The translations under genes were made by a program, and so were the position numbers. 64,000 nucleotides of DNA from Kiritimatiellia bacterium. GTDB taxonomy: Bacteria > Verrucomicrobiota > Kiritimatiellia > RFP12 > UBA1067. The stretch is from assembly GCA_051884805.1 (NCBI GenBank), contig JBJEWA010000140.1:342-64341 (forward strand), in the 5' to 3' direction. The notes beneath the pieces are model-generated. The model had not been told where the DNA came from. It saw only the letters and a program-made list of their open reading frames with translations, and made no database searches. Shown piece by piece: positions 8,630 to 18,131 of this stretch (position 1 is the first letter of the stretch; each line of letters starts with the position of its first letter).

Positions 8630-9730
8630 TCAGACAATCAGCATACAATCGCCGTACGAGAAGAACATGTAGTTCTTCCGCACGGCCATGGCGTAGGCGC
8701 AAAGCACGCGCTCGCGCCCGGCCAGCGCCGAAACCATCATCAGCAGCGTCGACTGCGGCAGGTGGAAATTGGTCAGCATGCAGTCGCAGACCCGGAAGCG
8801 GTAGGGAGGATAGATGAAGATGTCGGAAGCTCCGGTTCCCGCCGCAACCCGTCCGTCCGCCGACGCCGCGGCAACGCTTTCCAGGGCCCGCACCGTCGTC
8901 GAGCCGACGCAGAAGACGCGACCGCCGCGGGCCTTGCAGGCGTTGATCGCATCGGCCGTCCCGGGCGGAACGGAGAACGCCTCGAAGTCCATCCGATGCT
9001 CCTCGACATTGTCCGCCTTGACGGGACGGAACGTCCCGGGGCCGACGTGCAGGGTAACGGCGACCCGCCGCACGCCCTTCGCCGCAAGCGCCGCGAAGAT
9101 CTCCGGCGTAAAGTGGAGACCCGCCGTCGGTGCGGCGACGGAGCCGACCTCGCGCGCGTAGATCGTCTGATAGCGCTCGCGATCCTCCCGTTCCTCCTCG
9201 GCCGTGCCCTCGCGCTTCACGTAGGGCGGCACCGGAGTGCGGCCGAATTCGTCGAGCAGTTCCATGAGCGGGCGGTCGCTGACGAACTCGACCTGCCACA
9301 TCCCGATGCCGGGAAGCGGCTTCAGGAGCCGCGCCTGCAGCTCGCGGTTCGGCCCGAACGCGGCAACCTGCCCTTCGCGGCACCTGCGCCCGGAACCGAT
9401 GATCGCGTTCCAGCGCAGCGCATCCTTCGCCGCCGTCATCGACGGGCGCCCATCGTCCGCATCCGTCGGCGCGGCGTTGACCATCAGCACCTCGACGGAA
9501 CCGTGCGTGTCGGTCCATTCGCCGACCAGGCGGGCGGGAAAGACCTTGGTGTCGTTCACGACCAGCAGGTCGTCGGCCGTGATGTAGTCGGCGATGTCGG
9601 CGATATGCCGGTGCTCGACGACCCCGGTGTCGCGGTGAAGGACCAGCATCTTCTCCGTTCCCCGCCTCTCGGCAGGGTGCTGGGCGATGAGCCGCTCGGG
9701 CAGCGGATACCAGAACTGACGCGTCTTCAT
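8630..9730 (-). CDS. queA: S-adenosylmethionine:tRNA ribosyltransferase-isomerase
   Basis: 366 aa, YPLPERLIAQHP...VAAPTAGLHFT...YMFFSYGDCMLI are canonical QueA motifs. Confidence 0.9.
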   Translation of the reverse strand: MKTRQFWYPLPERLIAQHPAERRGTEKMLVLHRDTGVVEHRHIADIADYITADDLLVVNDTKVFPARLVGEWTDTHGSVEVLMVNAAPTDADDGRPSMTAAKDALRWNAIIGSGRRCREGQVAAFGPNRELQARLLKPLPGIGMWQVEFVSDRPLMELLDEFGRTPVPPYVKREGTAEEEREDRERYQTIYAREVGSVAAPTAGLHFTPEIFAALAAKGVRRVAVTLHVGPGTFRPVKADNVEEHRMDFEAFSVPPGTADAINACKARGGRVFCVGSTTVRALESVAAASADGRVAAGTGASDIFIYPPYRFRVCDCMLTNFHLPQSTLLMMVSALAGRERVLCAYAMAVRKNYMFFSYGDCMLIV

Positions 9731-9745
9731 GGGCCGCGTATTATA

Positions 9746-10627
9746 TCACATCCGGATGTTCTTCACGGCCACGCGCGTCGCCTTGTTCAGCTCCTTCCAG
9801 AGCGTCTTGGCGTCCGCCGCCGCCAGGACGAACGGCAGCTTCTCGCCGTCCTCGAACGTCCTGGCGATGGCCGCGATCAGCTTCAGGTAAAACGGCGAGG
9901 CGATGACCGGAAAGGCCGTGAAGAAGACGAGGTGCACCCGCTCGCCGTTCCAGTCGATTCCCGCCGGAGCCAGTCCGCAGGCAAAGGTCAGCACGCCCTC
10001 CTCCACGCCGCGCATATGCGGAAAGGCCAGGCCGTTGCCGACCGCCGTCGTCAGGATCCGCTCCCGCTCCAGCGCCGCCCTGACGACGGCATCGGCGTCA
10101 GAGACGGCGCCCTCCTTCGCCAAGACCGCGACAAGTTCCGCCATCGCCTCCGACGGCGTCGTCGCCTTCAGGCGCGGCACCATCAGCTTCGCCGTGCTGA
10201 AGCGCGAAAGCAGGAACTTGGGGTCGGGCTCGCCGGTGCGCACGCCCGTCGCCCTGACCTCCGGAGCGTAGAGGATGCGTCCGCAGCTGCCGCAGGCCGT
10301 CATGCGGTCGCCGGCGATGACGTGCTGCAGGACGGACATGGGTACCTTCAGCCCGCAGGCCGAGCAGTTTCCCTTCGACAGGGGCGCCATGAAGATGCGG
10401 CTTTTGAGCGACAGCCGGCGGTAGAGACTCGCCGTCTCCGGATCGAGCCGTTCGACCAACCGCGCCAGTTCGGCCGTCAGGGCCTCCGCCTGCTCCCGCG
10501 CGCCCACGCTCGCCGCTTCGTCCCGGATCAGCACCATGTGCTGAATCTGACGCAACAACCCGATCCGGCCCTTCTCCGCCCCGGACCGGACAACTCCCGC
10601 TGGTTCGACCTGATTTTTTCTCGCCAT
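9746..10627 (-). CDS. fusion protein: N-terminal coiled-coil plus C4 zinc-ribbon (COG1579-like), C-terminal PTS EIIA-2 (PtsN/EIIA-Ntr-like) domain
   Basis: 293 aa. CSACGLKVPMSVLQHVIAGDRMTACGSCGRILY is a CxxC..CxxC zinc ribbon that follows a predicted helical region. The C-terminal TTAVGNGLAFPHMRGV...VHLVFFTAFPVIASPFYLKLIAAIARTFEDG is an EIIA fructose/nitrogen-type fold with a His in the GLAFPH motif. Confidence 0.7.
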   Translation of the reverse strand: MARKNQVEPAGVVRSGAEKGRIGLLRQIQHMVLIRDEAASVGAREQAEALTAELARLVERLDPETASLYRRLSLKSRIFMAPLSKGNCSACGLKVPMSVLQHVIAGDRMTACGSCGRILYAPEVRATGVRTGEPDPKFLLSRFSTAKLMVPRLKATTPSEAMAELVAVLAKEGAVSDADAVVRAALERERILTTAVGNGLAFPHMRGVEEGVLTFACGLAPAGIDWNGERVHLVFFTAFPVIASPFYLKLIAAIARTFEDGEKLPFVLAAADAKTLWKELNKATRVAVKNIRM

Positions 10628-10719
10628 GACCGCTCATCCCTCCGTTGTCTTCACATCGCATTATAGCCGGGAAATGTTAACGCTTCGTTAACTGTCCCGA
10701 AATGGCGCCCTGGCGGACG

Positions 10720-10750
10720 CAAAAAACGGGCGGCCGCAGAGGCCCGAGGG
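10720..10750 (-). terminator. rho-independent terminator downstream of the TPR lipoprotein gene
   Basis: Minus-strand GC-rich hairpin (CGGGC...GCCCG) followed by TTTTTT. Confidence 0.4.
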
Positions 10751-10752
10751 GC

Positions 10753-11670
10753 TTATTTGCCGGAAAGCTGCCGGGCGCGGGCGAGCACCTGCTCGGCCAG
10801 GTCGAGCTTGCCGAGCTTTTTCAGGCACATGCCGAAGTTGTGCACGGCGACGGCGTCGTTCGGGCGGATCAGCACCAGCGTCTCGTAGCACTTCATCGCC
10901 TGCAGCAGCCGGCCGACGGCCAGAAACCCCTTCGCGTTGCGGTTGAGGTTGTCGATGCGCTCCAGCAGCAGCGGGTCGTTCGGATTGCGCAGCGCGGCCC
11001 GCGCCCAGATGTCGGTCGCCCGCTCCTCGCCGGCCTTGTCCGTCGCCTTCGCCGCCAGCATATTGCCCTTCAGGATCTCGCGCCGGACGACCTGCATCGA
11101 GCGGATCTCCGCCAGCACCGACTTCAGGACGTCCTCGTCGACGCCCGTCGTGTCGAGCCAGTCCAGCTGCGGAATCTCCCGGGTCACGAACCATTCGGGG
11201 ACGACCGTTCCCTTCAGCGGCGCATCGAACGCCGGCAGGATGTCCGTACGCGTGCCCGCATAGCTGGCGAACACTTCGGGGAGCGACATCGTGCAGGTCT
11301 CGTCGTTTGCAAACTCCTCCATCGCCCGCGCGAGGGAAACCGCATTGGTCGACTGGTTGCCGATCAGCAGCCACCGGGACTCGCCCGGCATCCAGACATG
11401 GACCTCCCGGCCAGGGAACTCAGTCAGCACCCGGCGGAATTCGCGGGCGGTCATGCCCTTCACGTCGATCACCCGGGCGCTGTGTTCGGACGGCGACGTC
11501 CGCTCCAGCCGGCAGATGCGGTAGATCGCCGCCTTGACGGGCGCGGCGACCTCCGATTCCGCCACGGCCGTCTTCGCCTTGTCCTCGCGGGAACAGCCGC
11601 CCGCCAGCAGGACGGCGGCAAGCAGCGCCGAGAGCCGTCTCACAGCGACCCCCGCACGGATGCCACGCAT
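10753..11670 (-). CDS. lipoprotein with C-terminal TPR repeats
   Basis: 305 aa. Signal peptide with lipobox LLAGGC. C-terminal TPR-like helices (AKGFLAVGRLLQAMKCYETLVLIRPNDAVAVHNFGMCLKKLGKLDLAEQ). Confidence 0.7.
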   Translation of the reverse strand: MRGIRAGVAVRRLSALLAAVLLAGGCSREDKAKTAVAESEVAAPVKAAIYRICRLERTSPSEHSARVIDVKGMTAREFRRVLTEFPGREVHVWMPGESRWLLIGNQSTNAVSLARAMEEFANDETCTMSLPEVFASYAGTRTDILPAFDAPLKGTVVPEWFVTREIPQLDWLDTTGVDEDVLKSVLAEIRSMQVVRREILKGNMLAAKATDKAGEERATDIWARAALRNPNDPLLLERIDNLNRNAKGFLAVGRLLQAMKCYETLVLIRPNDAVAVHNFGMCLKKLGKLDLAEQVLARARQLSGK

Positions 11671-12992
11671 TTCGCCACGACGCCCTGCCGTCGCGCCACG
11701 GCCGCCTGCGCCCGTGCGCCCAGCCCGCCGTCGTCCGCCAGCAGCCGCTCGATCTGCGCGGCCAGCTCCTCAAGCCCGCCGACCTGCACGATCGCCTCGG
11801 CCGCCAGCAAGTCGCTCATCACCGGACGGAAGTTCTCCGTATGCGGGCCGACGACCGTCGGCTTGCCGCACAGGCACGGTTCGATCATGTTCTGCGCCCC
11901 GTGCGCACACAGCGACTTGCCGACAAAGACGACGTCGGCGATGCCGTAAAGGCCCATCAGCTCCCCCGTCGTGTCCGCAAGATAGACGGGCGGCGTCCCG
12001 GCCGGCGCCGCACCGGCGGCGGAGGGCGACGACGCGGCCGACGGGCGGGAGCGGCGAACGCAGCGAAAGCCGCATTGCCCGATGTTCGCCTCGACGGCAT
12101 CGGCCTTCTCGAAATGACGCGGGGCCAGGACGAGCTTCAGCGGCGCGTCGGGGCGGGAAGCCGCCGGACTGCCGACGAGCCTACGGTAGAGCCGCAGCAG
12201 GGCCTCGTCCTCGCCCGGCCAGGTCGAGCCGCCGAGCAGGATCCGCCCCTCGCCGATCCAGTCGCGCAGTTCGCGCTCCTTCGCCTCGTTGCGGTGCGCG
12301 ACGTCGAACTTGAAGCTGCCCGTCACCTCGATCCTGTCCGCCGGCGCGCCAGCGGCGACCAGCCGCGCCTTGTCCAGCTCGGACTGCGCGAAGATGCGCG
12401 TGAAGGCGGCAAGGACGTCCCGGAAGAAGAACCGCGCCAGCCGGTAGCGCGGCGCACTCCGGTCGCTGACGCGCGCGTTGATCAGGTAGAGCGGAATCCC
12501 GTGCCGCCTGGCCTGAAGGATGAAATTGGGCCAGAGCTCCGACTCGGTCAGCACGACCGCGCGCGGACGCACCGTCCGCAGCGCACTCTTGACGAAGTTT
12601 GGGAAGTCGAGCGGATTGTAGATGAGCACGTCCTTCGCCGTCACCTCGCGTTCAGCCATCTTCCAGCCGGTCGACGACGTCGTCGAAAAGCAGAAGCGCA
12701 CGTCCGGCTCGACCTTGCGCCATTCGCGCATCAGCTGGCCCGCGACCTGCACCTCGCCGACCGAGACGGCGTGGATCCAGACGGGGGCATCCGCCGCGCC
12801 GCCGGTCTGGCGGGACGGCGCATGACGGTCGAAGAGCGGACGGTTGCCGCCGAAAAGGCCGTCGGGATAGAGGGCGAAGCGGTCGCCCATGCGCGCCGCG
12901 TATCCGCCGCGCCGCACCATGCGGATCAGGAAGCCGGGCAGGAGGAACGGATAGACGAACGCGAAGAGCAGGTTGTAGACGGCCCACTTCAT
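11640..12992 (-). CDS. waaA: 3-deoxy-D-manno-octulosonic acid (Kdo) transferase
   Basis: 450 aa. The N-terminal membrane anchor, WIHAVSVGE, PLYLINARVS and C-terminal glycosyltransferase motifs are typical of KdtA/WaaA. Confidence 0.85.
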   Translation of the reverse strand: MKWAVYNLLFAFVYPFLLPGFLIRMVRRGGYAARMGDRFALYPDGLFGGNRPLFDRHAPSRQTGGAADAPVWIHAVSVGEVQVAGQLMREWRKVEPDVRFCFSTTSSTGWKMAEREVTAKDVLIYNPLDFPNFVKSALRTVRPRAVVLTESELWPNFILQARRHGIPLYLINARVSDRSAPRYRLARFFFRDVLAAFTRIFAQSELDKARLVAAGAPADRIEVTGSFKFDVAHRNEAKERELRDWIGEGRILLGGSTWPGEDEALLRLYRRLVGSPAASRPDAPLKLVLAPRHFEKADAVEANIGQCGFRCVRRSRPSAASSPSAAGAAPAGTPPVYLADTTGELMGLYGIADVVFVGKSLCAHGAQNMIEPCLCGKPTVVGPHTENFRPVMSDLLAAEAIVQVGGLEELAAQIERLLADDGGLGARAQAAVARRQGVVAKCVASVRGSL

Positions 12993-13010
12993 GCGACAAG
13001 CCGACGCGCC

Positions 13011-13646
13011 TCAGATGCCCGACGGCTGCGCCAGGACGCCGAAGGGACTCAGGGTCGCTCCGGCGGCGACGTCCGCAAGCACCGGCACGCCGCAGGCGAC
13101 GGTCGCGCCCTTGCCGACGGTCATGCCGGGAGCAGTGCAGCTGTTCGTGCCCATGAAGGCGTCCTCGCCGATCGTCGTATGCCCCGACAGCGAGACGCCC
13201 GGGGCGATGTTCGCAAAGTCGCCCACGACCGAATCGTGCCCGACGCCCGCCCGGGCGTTGACGATGACGAACTTGCCGATCTCGGTGCCGACGGACACCA
13301 CCGCCTCGACGGCGATGAAGGTGCCGTGCTTGAACTCCGTCGTCGGCGACACCTGCGCCGACGGGTCGATCAGCGCCGGGAAGTCATGGCCGCGAAGCTG
13401 CGCGTAGACCTTGCGGCGGACCGCATTCGCGCCGATGGCGATGAAGACGGACGCGCCGGGATAGTCCCGGGACGCCTTTTCCGCCGAGCCGAGCAGCGGA
13501 TACCCCTCGAAGTTGCCCGCCGCCTTCGCCGGGTCGTCGTCGGCGAAGCCGATCACGTTCCAGACGGGTTCGGCAGCCGCGGCGTTGATGCGCTCGACGG
13601 TCCAGACCGCCTCGCGGCCGAATCCGCCGGCGCCGACGATGAAAAG
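13011..13646 (-). CDS. NeuD/PglD-family sugar acetyltransferase (hexapeptide beta-helix)
   Basis: About 211 aa from MRDLFIVGAGGFGREAVW (Rossmann-like N-terminus) followed by hexapeptide repeats. It is the 3' portion of track ORF 13011..14528, whose 5' extension is antisense junk. Confidence 0.65.
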   Translation of the reverse strand, partial: LFIVGAGGFGREAVWTVERINAAAAEPVWNVIGFADDDPAKAAGNFEGYPLLGSAEKASRDYPGASVFIAIGANAVRRKVYAQLRGHDFPALIDPSAQVSPTTEFKHGTFIAVEAVVSVGTEIGKFVIVNARAGVGHDSVVGDFANIAPGVSLSGHTTIGEDAFMGTNSCTAPGMTVGKGATVACGVPVLADVAAGATLSPFGVLAQPSGI

Positions 13647-13681
13647 GTCACGCATGGGATGTTCCTCCTTGAATTGACGTT

Positions 13682-14848
13682 CTACCTGACGATGCGCACG
13701 CGGAGCACCGCTTCGGACGCCTCCAACGCCTTGACGACGTCGGCCGGAATCGCCGTGTCGGTGTCGATCAGCGTGTAGGCGAAGTCGCCGCGGGACTTGT
13801 TGGCAATCGCGTCGATGTTGATCTTGGCGTTGCCGAGAATCGACGTGAAGGTACCGATCATGTTGGCCTCGTTCCGGTGGCAGATCGCCAGGCGCGCGGC
13901 CTTCTTCGCAAGCCCGAGCGTGCAGGTCGGATAGTTGACCGAGTTGACGATGTTGCCGTTTTCGAGGAAGTCGCGGATCTCCCTGACGGCCATGACCGCG
14001 CAATTGTCCTCGGCCTCTTCCGTCGACGCGCCGAGGTGGGGAATCACGATACAGCCCTTCTGGCCCGCCGTCGTCGCGTTCGGGAAGTCGGACACGTACT
14101 TGCGGACCTTCCCGGACTCCAGTGCGGCCAGCATGTCCTTCTCGTTCACGAGCGCGTCGCGCGCGGCGTTGACGACGATGACGCCGGTCTTCATCATCGC
14201 GATCGCCTCGGCGTTGATCATGCCCCTGGTCGAGTCGAGCGCCGGCACGTGAATGGTGATGAAGTCGCAGTTCCGGTAGATCGTCTCGACGTCCTTGCAG
14301 TGATGCACCGTCCGGCTCAGGTTCCAGGCGGCGTCGATCGACAGGTAGGGGTCGTAGCCGTAGACCTCCATGCCGAGGCCGATCGCCGCATTGGCGACCT
14401 TCTGGCCGATGGCGCCGAGGCCGATGACGCCGAGCCGCTTGCCCATGATCTCGGTGCCGGCGAAGGCCTTCTTCGCCTTCTCGGTCGCCTTGCCGATCGC
14501 GGGGTCGGCGGCATTCGCCTTGACCCACTCGACGCCGCCGACGATGTCGCGGCTCGCCAGCAGCATCGCGGCGATCACGAGTTCCTTGACCCCGTTGGCG
14601 TTCGCACCCGGGGTGTTGAAGACGACGATGCCCTTCTTGGCGTACTCCGCATGGGGAATGTTGTTGACGCCCGCGCCGGCGCGCGCGACCGCCAGGAGAT
14701 TAGCGCCGGGAACCAGCTCGTCCATCTTCGCGGACCGCACGAACACGGCGTCCGCCTCCCCGAACGTCTCCGTGCGGACGTAGTTTTCGGTCAGGTTCTC
14801 CAGCCCGCACGCCGCGATCGGGTTCAGGCAGCTGTACTTGTACTTCAT
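13682..14848 (-). CDS. serA: D-3-phosphoglycerate dehydrogenase with C-terminal ACT domain
   Basis: 388 aa. NAD-binding GxGxxG (GVIGLGAIGQ), the catalytic region and an ACT-like C-terminus. Confidence 0.9.
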   Translation of the reverse strand: MKYKYSCLNPIAACGLENLTENYVRTETFGEADAVFVRSAKMDELVPGANLLAVARAGAGVNNIPHAEYAKKGIVVFNTPGANANGVKELVIAAMLLASRDIVGGVEWVKANAADPAIGKATEKAKKAFAGTEIMGKRLGVIGLGAIGQKVANAAIGLGMEVYGYDPYLSIDAAWNLSRTVHHCKDVETIYRNCDFITIHVPALDSTRGMINAEAIAMMKTGVIVVNAARDALVNEKDMLAALESGKVRKYVSDFPNATTAGQKGCIVIPHLGASTEEAEDNCAVMAVREIRDFLENGNIVNSVNYPTCTLGLAKKAARLAICHRNEANMIGTFTSILGNAKINIDAIANKSRGDFAYTLIDTDTAIPADVVKALEASEAVLRVRIVR

Positions 14849-15025
14849 CGTTTCTTCCTTCTTCCGTAGAGCTTATCGTGGAATTGGCCGTCACGCATGA
14901 CGACTGCCCCGTATTATACCACAAATCGGCGCCGACGCCGGCCTCCCGCCGGACAGGCCCGTCCCGCCGCCAGATACGCGACGACGGCGGCGGAAATCGA
15001 AACGAGGCTCTTGTTCCCCGAAGCC

Positions 15026-18000
15026 CTATCGCACGAGAAGGCCCAGCCCACGATTCGGGGCCAGTCTGATTCCCGTCGAGGTGCAGGCAATCTTCCACTG
15101 ATTCGGAACGCCGACAATCTCGAACGGCTGCGCCGGATAACGAATCGACGTCGCTTTCAACAGGTAGGACGACCTCAGCGTCGACGCCTCCTCGGTCAGC
15201 ACCGCCGTATCGGTCATTTTCAACTGCGCGACACCCGTCAGGTCGAGAACGCCGTCGATCGCCGTCGTTTCGCGGTCGATGAACTTGCGAGCCGACAGTT
15301 CAAGCACCCCGGTCAGGACGAGATCGCCGTTCTTCACCGCGCCGCCTGTTCCGCCTACGCCGGAGAAAGTCGCCGCGAGGTTGTTGAGATCAAGCGTCGC
15401 TCCCTGCTGCAGGACGAGTTTCGTGCCGGCGGGGATCGCCCCTTCGACGGTCTGCCTCAGAATTCCCGCTTCAACGGTCGTCGGACCTGCATAGGTGCAG
15501 ACACTGCGCAATTCGAGAATTCCGACGCCGCGCTTGACGAGGCCACCGCCCGAGACGTCGCCGAGCGTACAAGCCGTCACGACGGATCCCTTACAACCGC
15601 CGCCCGTGAAGACGGCCGTCGCCTCGGTATAGCCCCAGCCCGGGGACGTGACGACCACGTTGGTCACGGAATTCTGCTCGACATCGAACAGCGCGACTGC
15701 CGTTGCGCCCTGGCCGTCACCGACGATCTCAACAAATGGCGCACCGACGTAGTCCGTCGTCTCGGGACAGGCAACCGCCGTTACCCCATTGCCAGCGCCC
15801 GGCGCCAAGAGCGGCGCACTGACGTAGGCCAGCGTGTCCTTGTTTCCGTCCACCCGGAAGATCGCGCCCTTCGGATACACCGTCACGCGCGTCGGGAGAT
15901 GATCCGCATTGAACAGGTTATCCTGGAGACGACGCCGGAAGACACCCCCGTTGAAGTTCACATAAAAGTCGTTGTTGACGAGTTCGGTGACAGCAGCAGT
16001 CGAAGGCAAATAGCCCGTCTCGCGCTTGTGAATGTTGTTCGCATAAAGCGTACCGCCGTCGATCAAGTTGAGATAGGACTTGAAATTCGAGTGCGCCCCG
16101 CCGTAAAAGTTTCGCGTCTCGGTCTGCGCCGTTCCGGCGATCGTCCAGTTCGCGAACGGATGAAAAGTATCGTCGCAGCCCGTGCCGCTTGTATTGCCGA
16201 GCGAAATGTCCTGCGTAATCGTCGTAAAGGTTCCTGCGGCCTGATAGACGACACCCGTTCCGCCGGCACCCAGATTGACGGAATTGGCGCCCATCTTCCA
16301 TTCACCGCCATTCTGCCGGAAGATGCCAATCCCGTTTCTTCCGCCGACTGCCATCGGATAGTTCGCGTACAAGCAGCCCTGCTGAAGTTCGTAATAGCCG
16401 TAGCCTCCGTTGTCCGCAAGATTGACCGACGTCTTTTCCACGGCCGCGACTTCGCCGCCGCGCTGATAGACGGCGCCGGCGGCGATCTGACCGTCGGTCA
16501 TCTTGGCAGCGTCGTTATACGTCACAAATCCGCAGCCGAAGCCATTCGTCAGCACGGCCCCGTCGCGAACGTCCACAATGCCGACCGTTCCCGGAGTGCA
16601 GCCGACGTTGATCACCCGTGGCGTCGTGGCGCCTTGCAAAACGCCCCGATAGTTCTCGCCGAAAACCAACCGCGCAATGGGGGTGATGCCGTAGTCCGAC
16701 GAGACGCTCACCGTGCCGCCCTGCCCGCTCTCGTCATGGAAGCTGAAAAAGCCGTCGTCCAGCGTCAGGAGGCCGCGGCGCACGCAGCTCGTCGCCATCA
16801 CCACGGGACTGGCCGCATCGTCAGACCCAGTAATCGAAAAGCCCGCCCCCGTCGACAGAAGCGCATTATAGCAGCTTGCAGGAGTTCCCAGATCGATCCT
16901 TTCGTCCTCTGGCGTGTCGACAATGCAATACTGGCAGATGCCGCTCGTCAGATACTGGTTAAGGTGTTCAGAAGTCCATCCGTCCGGATTGCTCGCCGAC
17001 TTGGCCCGCAGATAAACGCGGCAACTCGCGGTAAGCGCCGGGAGCGTCACGCTTCCGTCGATCACGGGAAGGGAACCGTCAACCGCCGCACAGATCGAGC
17101 CGCTGTTGCCCATGGCGACACCGCCCGTAAAGGTATTCTCGCTCAACAGGTTGATCGTCGCCAAATTGTAGACGACGAGTTGGCCTGCGCCCGAAACCTT
17201 GCCGCCCAACGTCATTTGGAAACCTTTCGTCTGCGCGGCACTCGATCCGACGCCGAAAGCCACCCCTTCATCCAGGATCGTCGGGCCGGACCAGACGTTC
17301 GAGAGTTCTTTATCCGTCCCGCTGCCCGGATGCACATTCGTCGTCCGCTTCACATGAAGCGTCCAGGTGCAGGGTATCCGCCAGTCGTAAAGCGACAGCG
17401 TACCGCCGTCCAGGACGAACTCGTGCGCATCGCCCCCGATAAAGCCGCACCCGCCCGTCGCCTGAACGCTGCCGGCCGTCTGGATCACGTCGCCGGGATT
17501 CAGCATCTGCCCGAAACGCCACATGCAGCCGGTGGCATTCGTCAGCGTATGCCCGCCGAAGTCGATGATCGAGCCGGAACCGGTATTGATGCTGCCCCAG
17601 TTTTTCGCGCCGCCCATCTTGGCGTCATCCGTCAACGTCAGCTTGTAGAAGAGATAGTTCTGATTTTCCCCGGAAAGCTGGACGGCACCCGCCCCGTCGT
17701 GTCCGGAGCCGGCGATCCTGACCTCGACCCCGGCCAGGGAGATCGCGTTTTGCGTCCCGTTGTAGACGAGGAGCGACGAACCGCTCTCGATATTGACGAC
17801 CGTTCCGGACTTGCCGAGTCCGTCCGCACTCGTAATCCGAATCGCGCCGCCCGACCGGACGGTGATCGTGCCCTTAAAGCCCGTCAAGCCGTCAGTCGTC
17901 AGCACACCCGCACCTTCCTTGACGAGTTCCGTTTCGCTGCCGCCGTTGAGCGTGGACATTTCGTCGGCGGTCAGGGCGCGGTCTTCGTCAACCCTCAACG

Positions 18001-18100
18001 TCAACGCCTGAACGCCACCCGTCAGGGCAACGACAGACAGCCCGAACAGAAACTTGCGCCAATCGGGGTGAAACGCGGTTCGGCTTGATGTATCACGCAT
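15026..18100 (-). CDS. large secreted beta-helical repeat protein (autotransporter-associated beta-strand repeat type); putative adhesin/surface protein
   Basis: About 1024 aa from the ATG at 18100 with a strong SD (AAGGAGAA). Signal peptide present. Rich in G/T/S/N with recurring GxGxLxKxGxGxLxL-type motifs (VKEGAGVLTT; LVKRGVGILELRS). No beta-barrel translocator or sorting tag recognised at the C-terminus. Confidence 0.7.
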   Translation of the reverse strand: MRDTSSRTAFHPDWRKFLFGLSVVALTGGVQALTLRVDEDRALTADEMSTLNGGSETELVKEGAGVLTTDGLTGFKGTITVRSGGAIRITSADGLGKSGTVVNIESGSSLLVYNGTQNAISLAGVEVRIAGSGHDGAGAVQLSGENQNYLFYKLTLTDDAKMGGAKNWGSINTGSGSIIDFGGHTLTNATGCMWRFGQMLNPGDVIQTAGSVQATGGCGFIGGDAHEFVLDGGTLSLYDWRIPCTWTLHVKRTTNVHPGSGTDKELSNVWSGPTILDEGVAFGVGSSAAQTKGFQMTLGGKVSGAGQLVVYNLATINLLSENTFTGGVAMGNSGSICAAVDGSLPVIDGSVTLPALTASCRVYLRAKSASNPDGWTSEHLNQYLTSGICQYCIVDTPEDERIDLGTPASCYNALLSTGAGFSITGSDDAASPVVMATSCVRRGLLTLDDGFFSFHDESGQGGTVSVSSDYGITPIARLVFGENYRGVLQGATTPRVINVGCTPGTVGIVDVRDGAVLTNGFGCGFVTYNDAAKMTDGQIAAGAVYQRGGEVAAVEKTSVNLADNGGYGYYELQQGCLYANYPMAVGGRNGIGIFRQNGGEWKMGANSVNLGAGGTGVVYQAAGTFTTITQDISLGNTSGTGCDDTFHPFANWTIAGTAQTETRNFYGGAHSNFKSYLNLIDGGTLYANNIHKRETGYLPSTAAVTELVNNDFYVNFNGGVFRRRLQDNLFNADHLPTRVTVYPKGAIFRVDGNKDTLAYVSAPLLAPGAGNGVTAVACPETTDYVGAPFVEIVGDGQGATAVALFDVEQNSVTNVVVTSPGWGYTEATAVFTGGGCKGSVVTACTLGDVSGGGLVKRGVGILELRSVCTYAGPTTVEAGILRQTVEGAIPAGTKLVLQQGATLDLNNLAATFSGVGGTGGAVKNGDLVLTGVLELSARKFIDRETTAIDGVLDLTGVAQLKMTDTAVLTEEASTLRSSYLLKATSIRYPAQPFEIVGVPNQWKIACTSTGIRLAPNRGLGLLVR

Positions 18101-18131
18101 GAATGTTCTCCTTCGTTGTACTTGATTACGA

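Noticed and set aside
8609-10666. 685-aa plus-strand ORF
   Set aside because: Antisense to queA and the ZnR-EIIA gene. No recognisable motifs.
13647-14528. 5' two-thirds of track ORF 13011..14528(-)
   Set aside because: Only the last about 211 codons (from MRDLFIVGAGG) form a coherent NeuD-like protein. The upstream part overlaps serA in another frame and is junk.
14897-18088. 1063-aa plus-strand ORF
   Set aside because: Antisense to the beta-helical repeat protein gene, which has a signal peptide, a strong SD and repeat structure. The plus-frame translation is Arg-rich noise.
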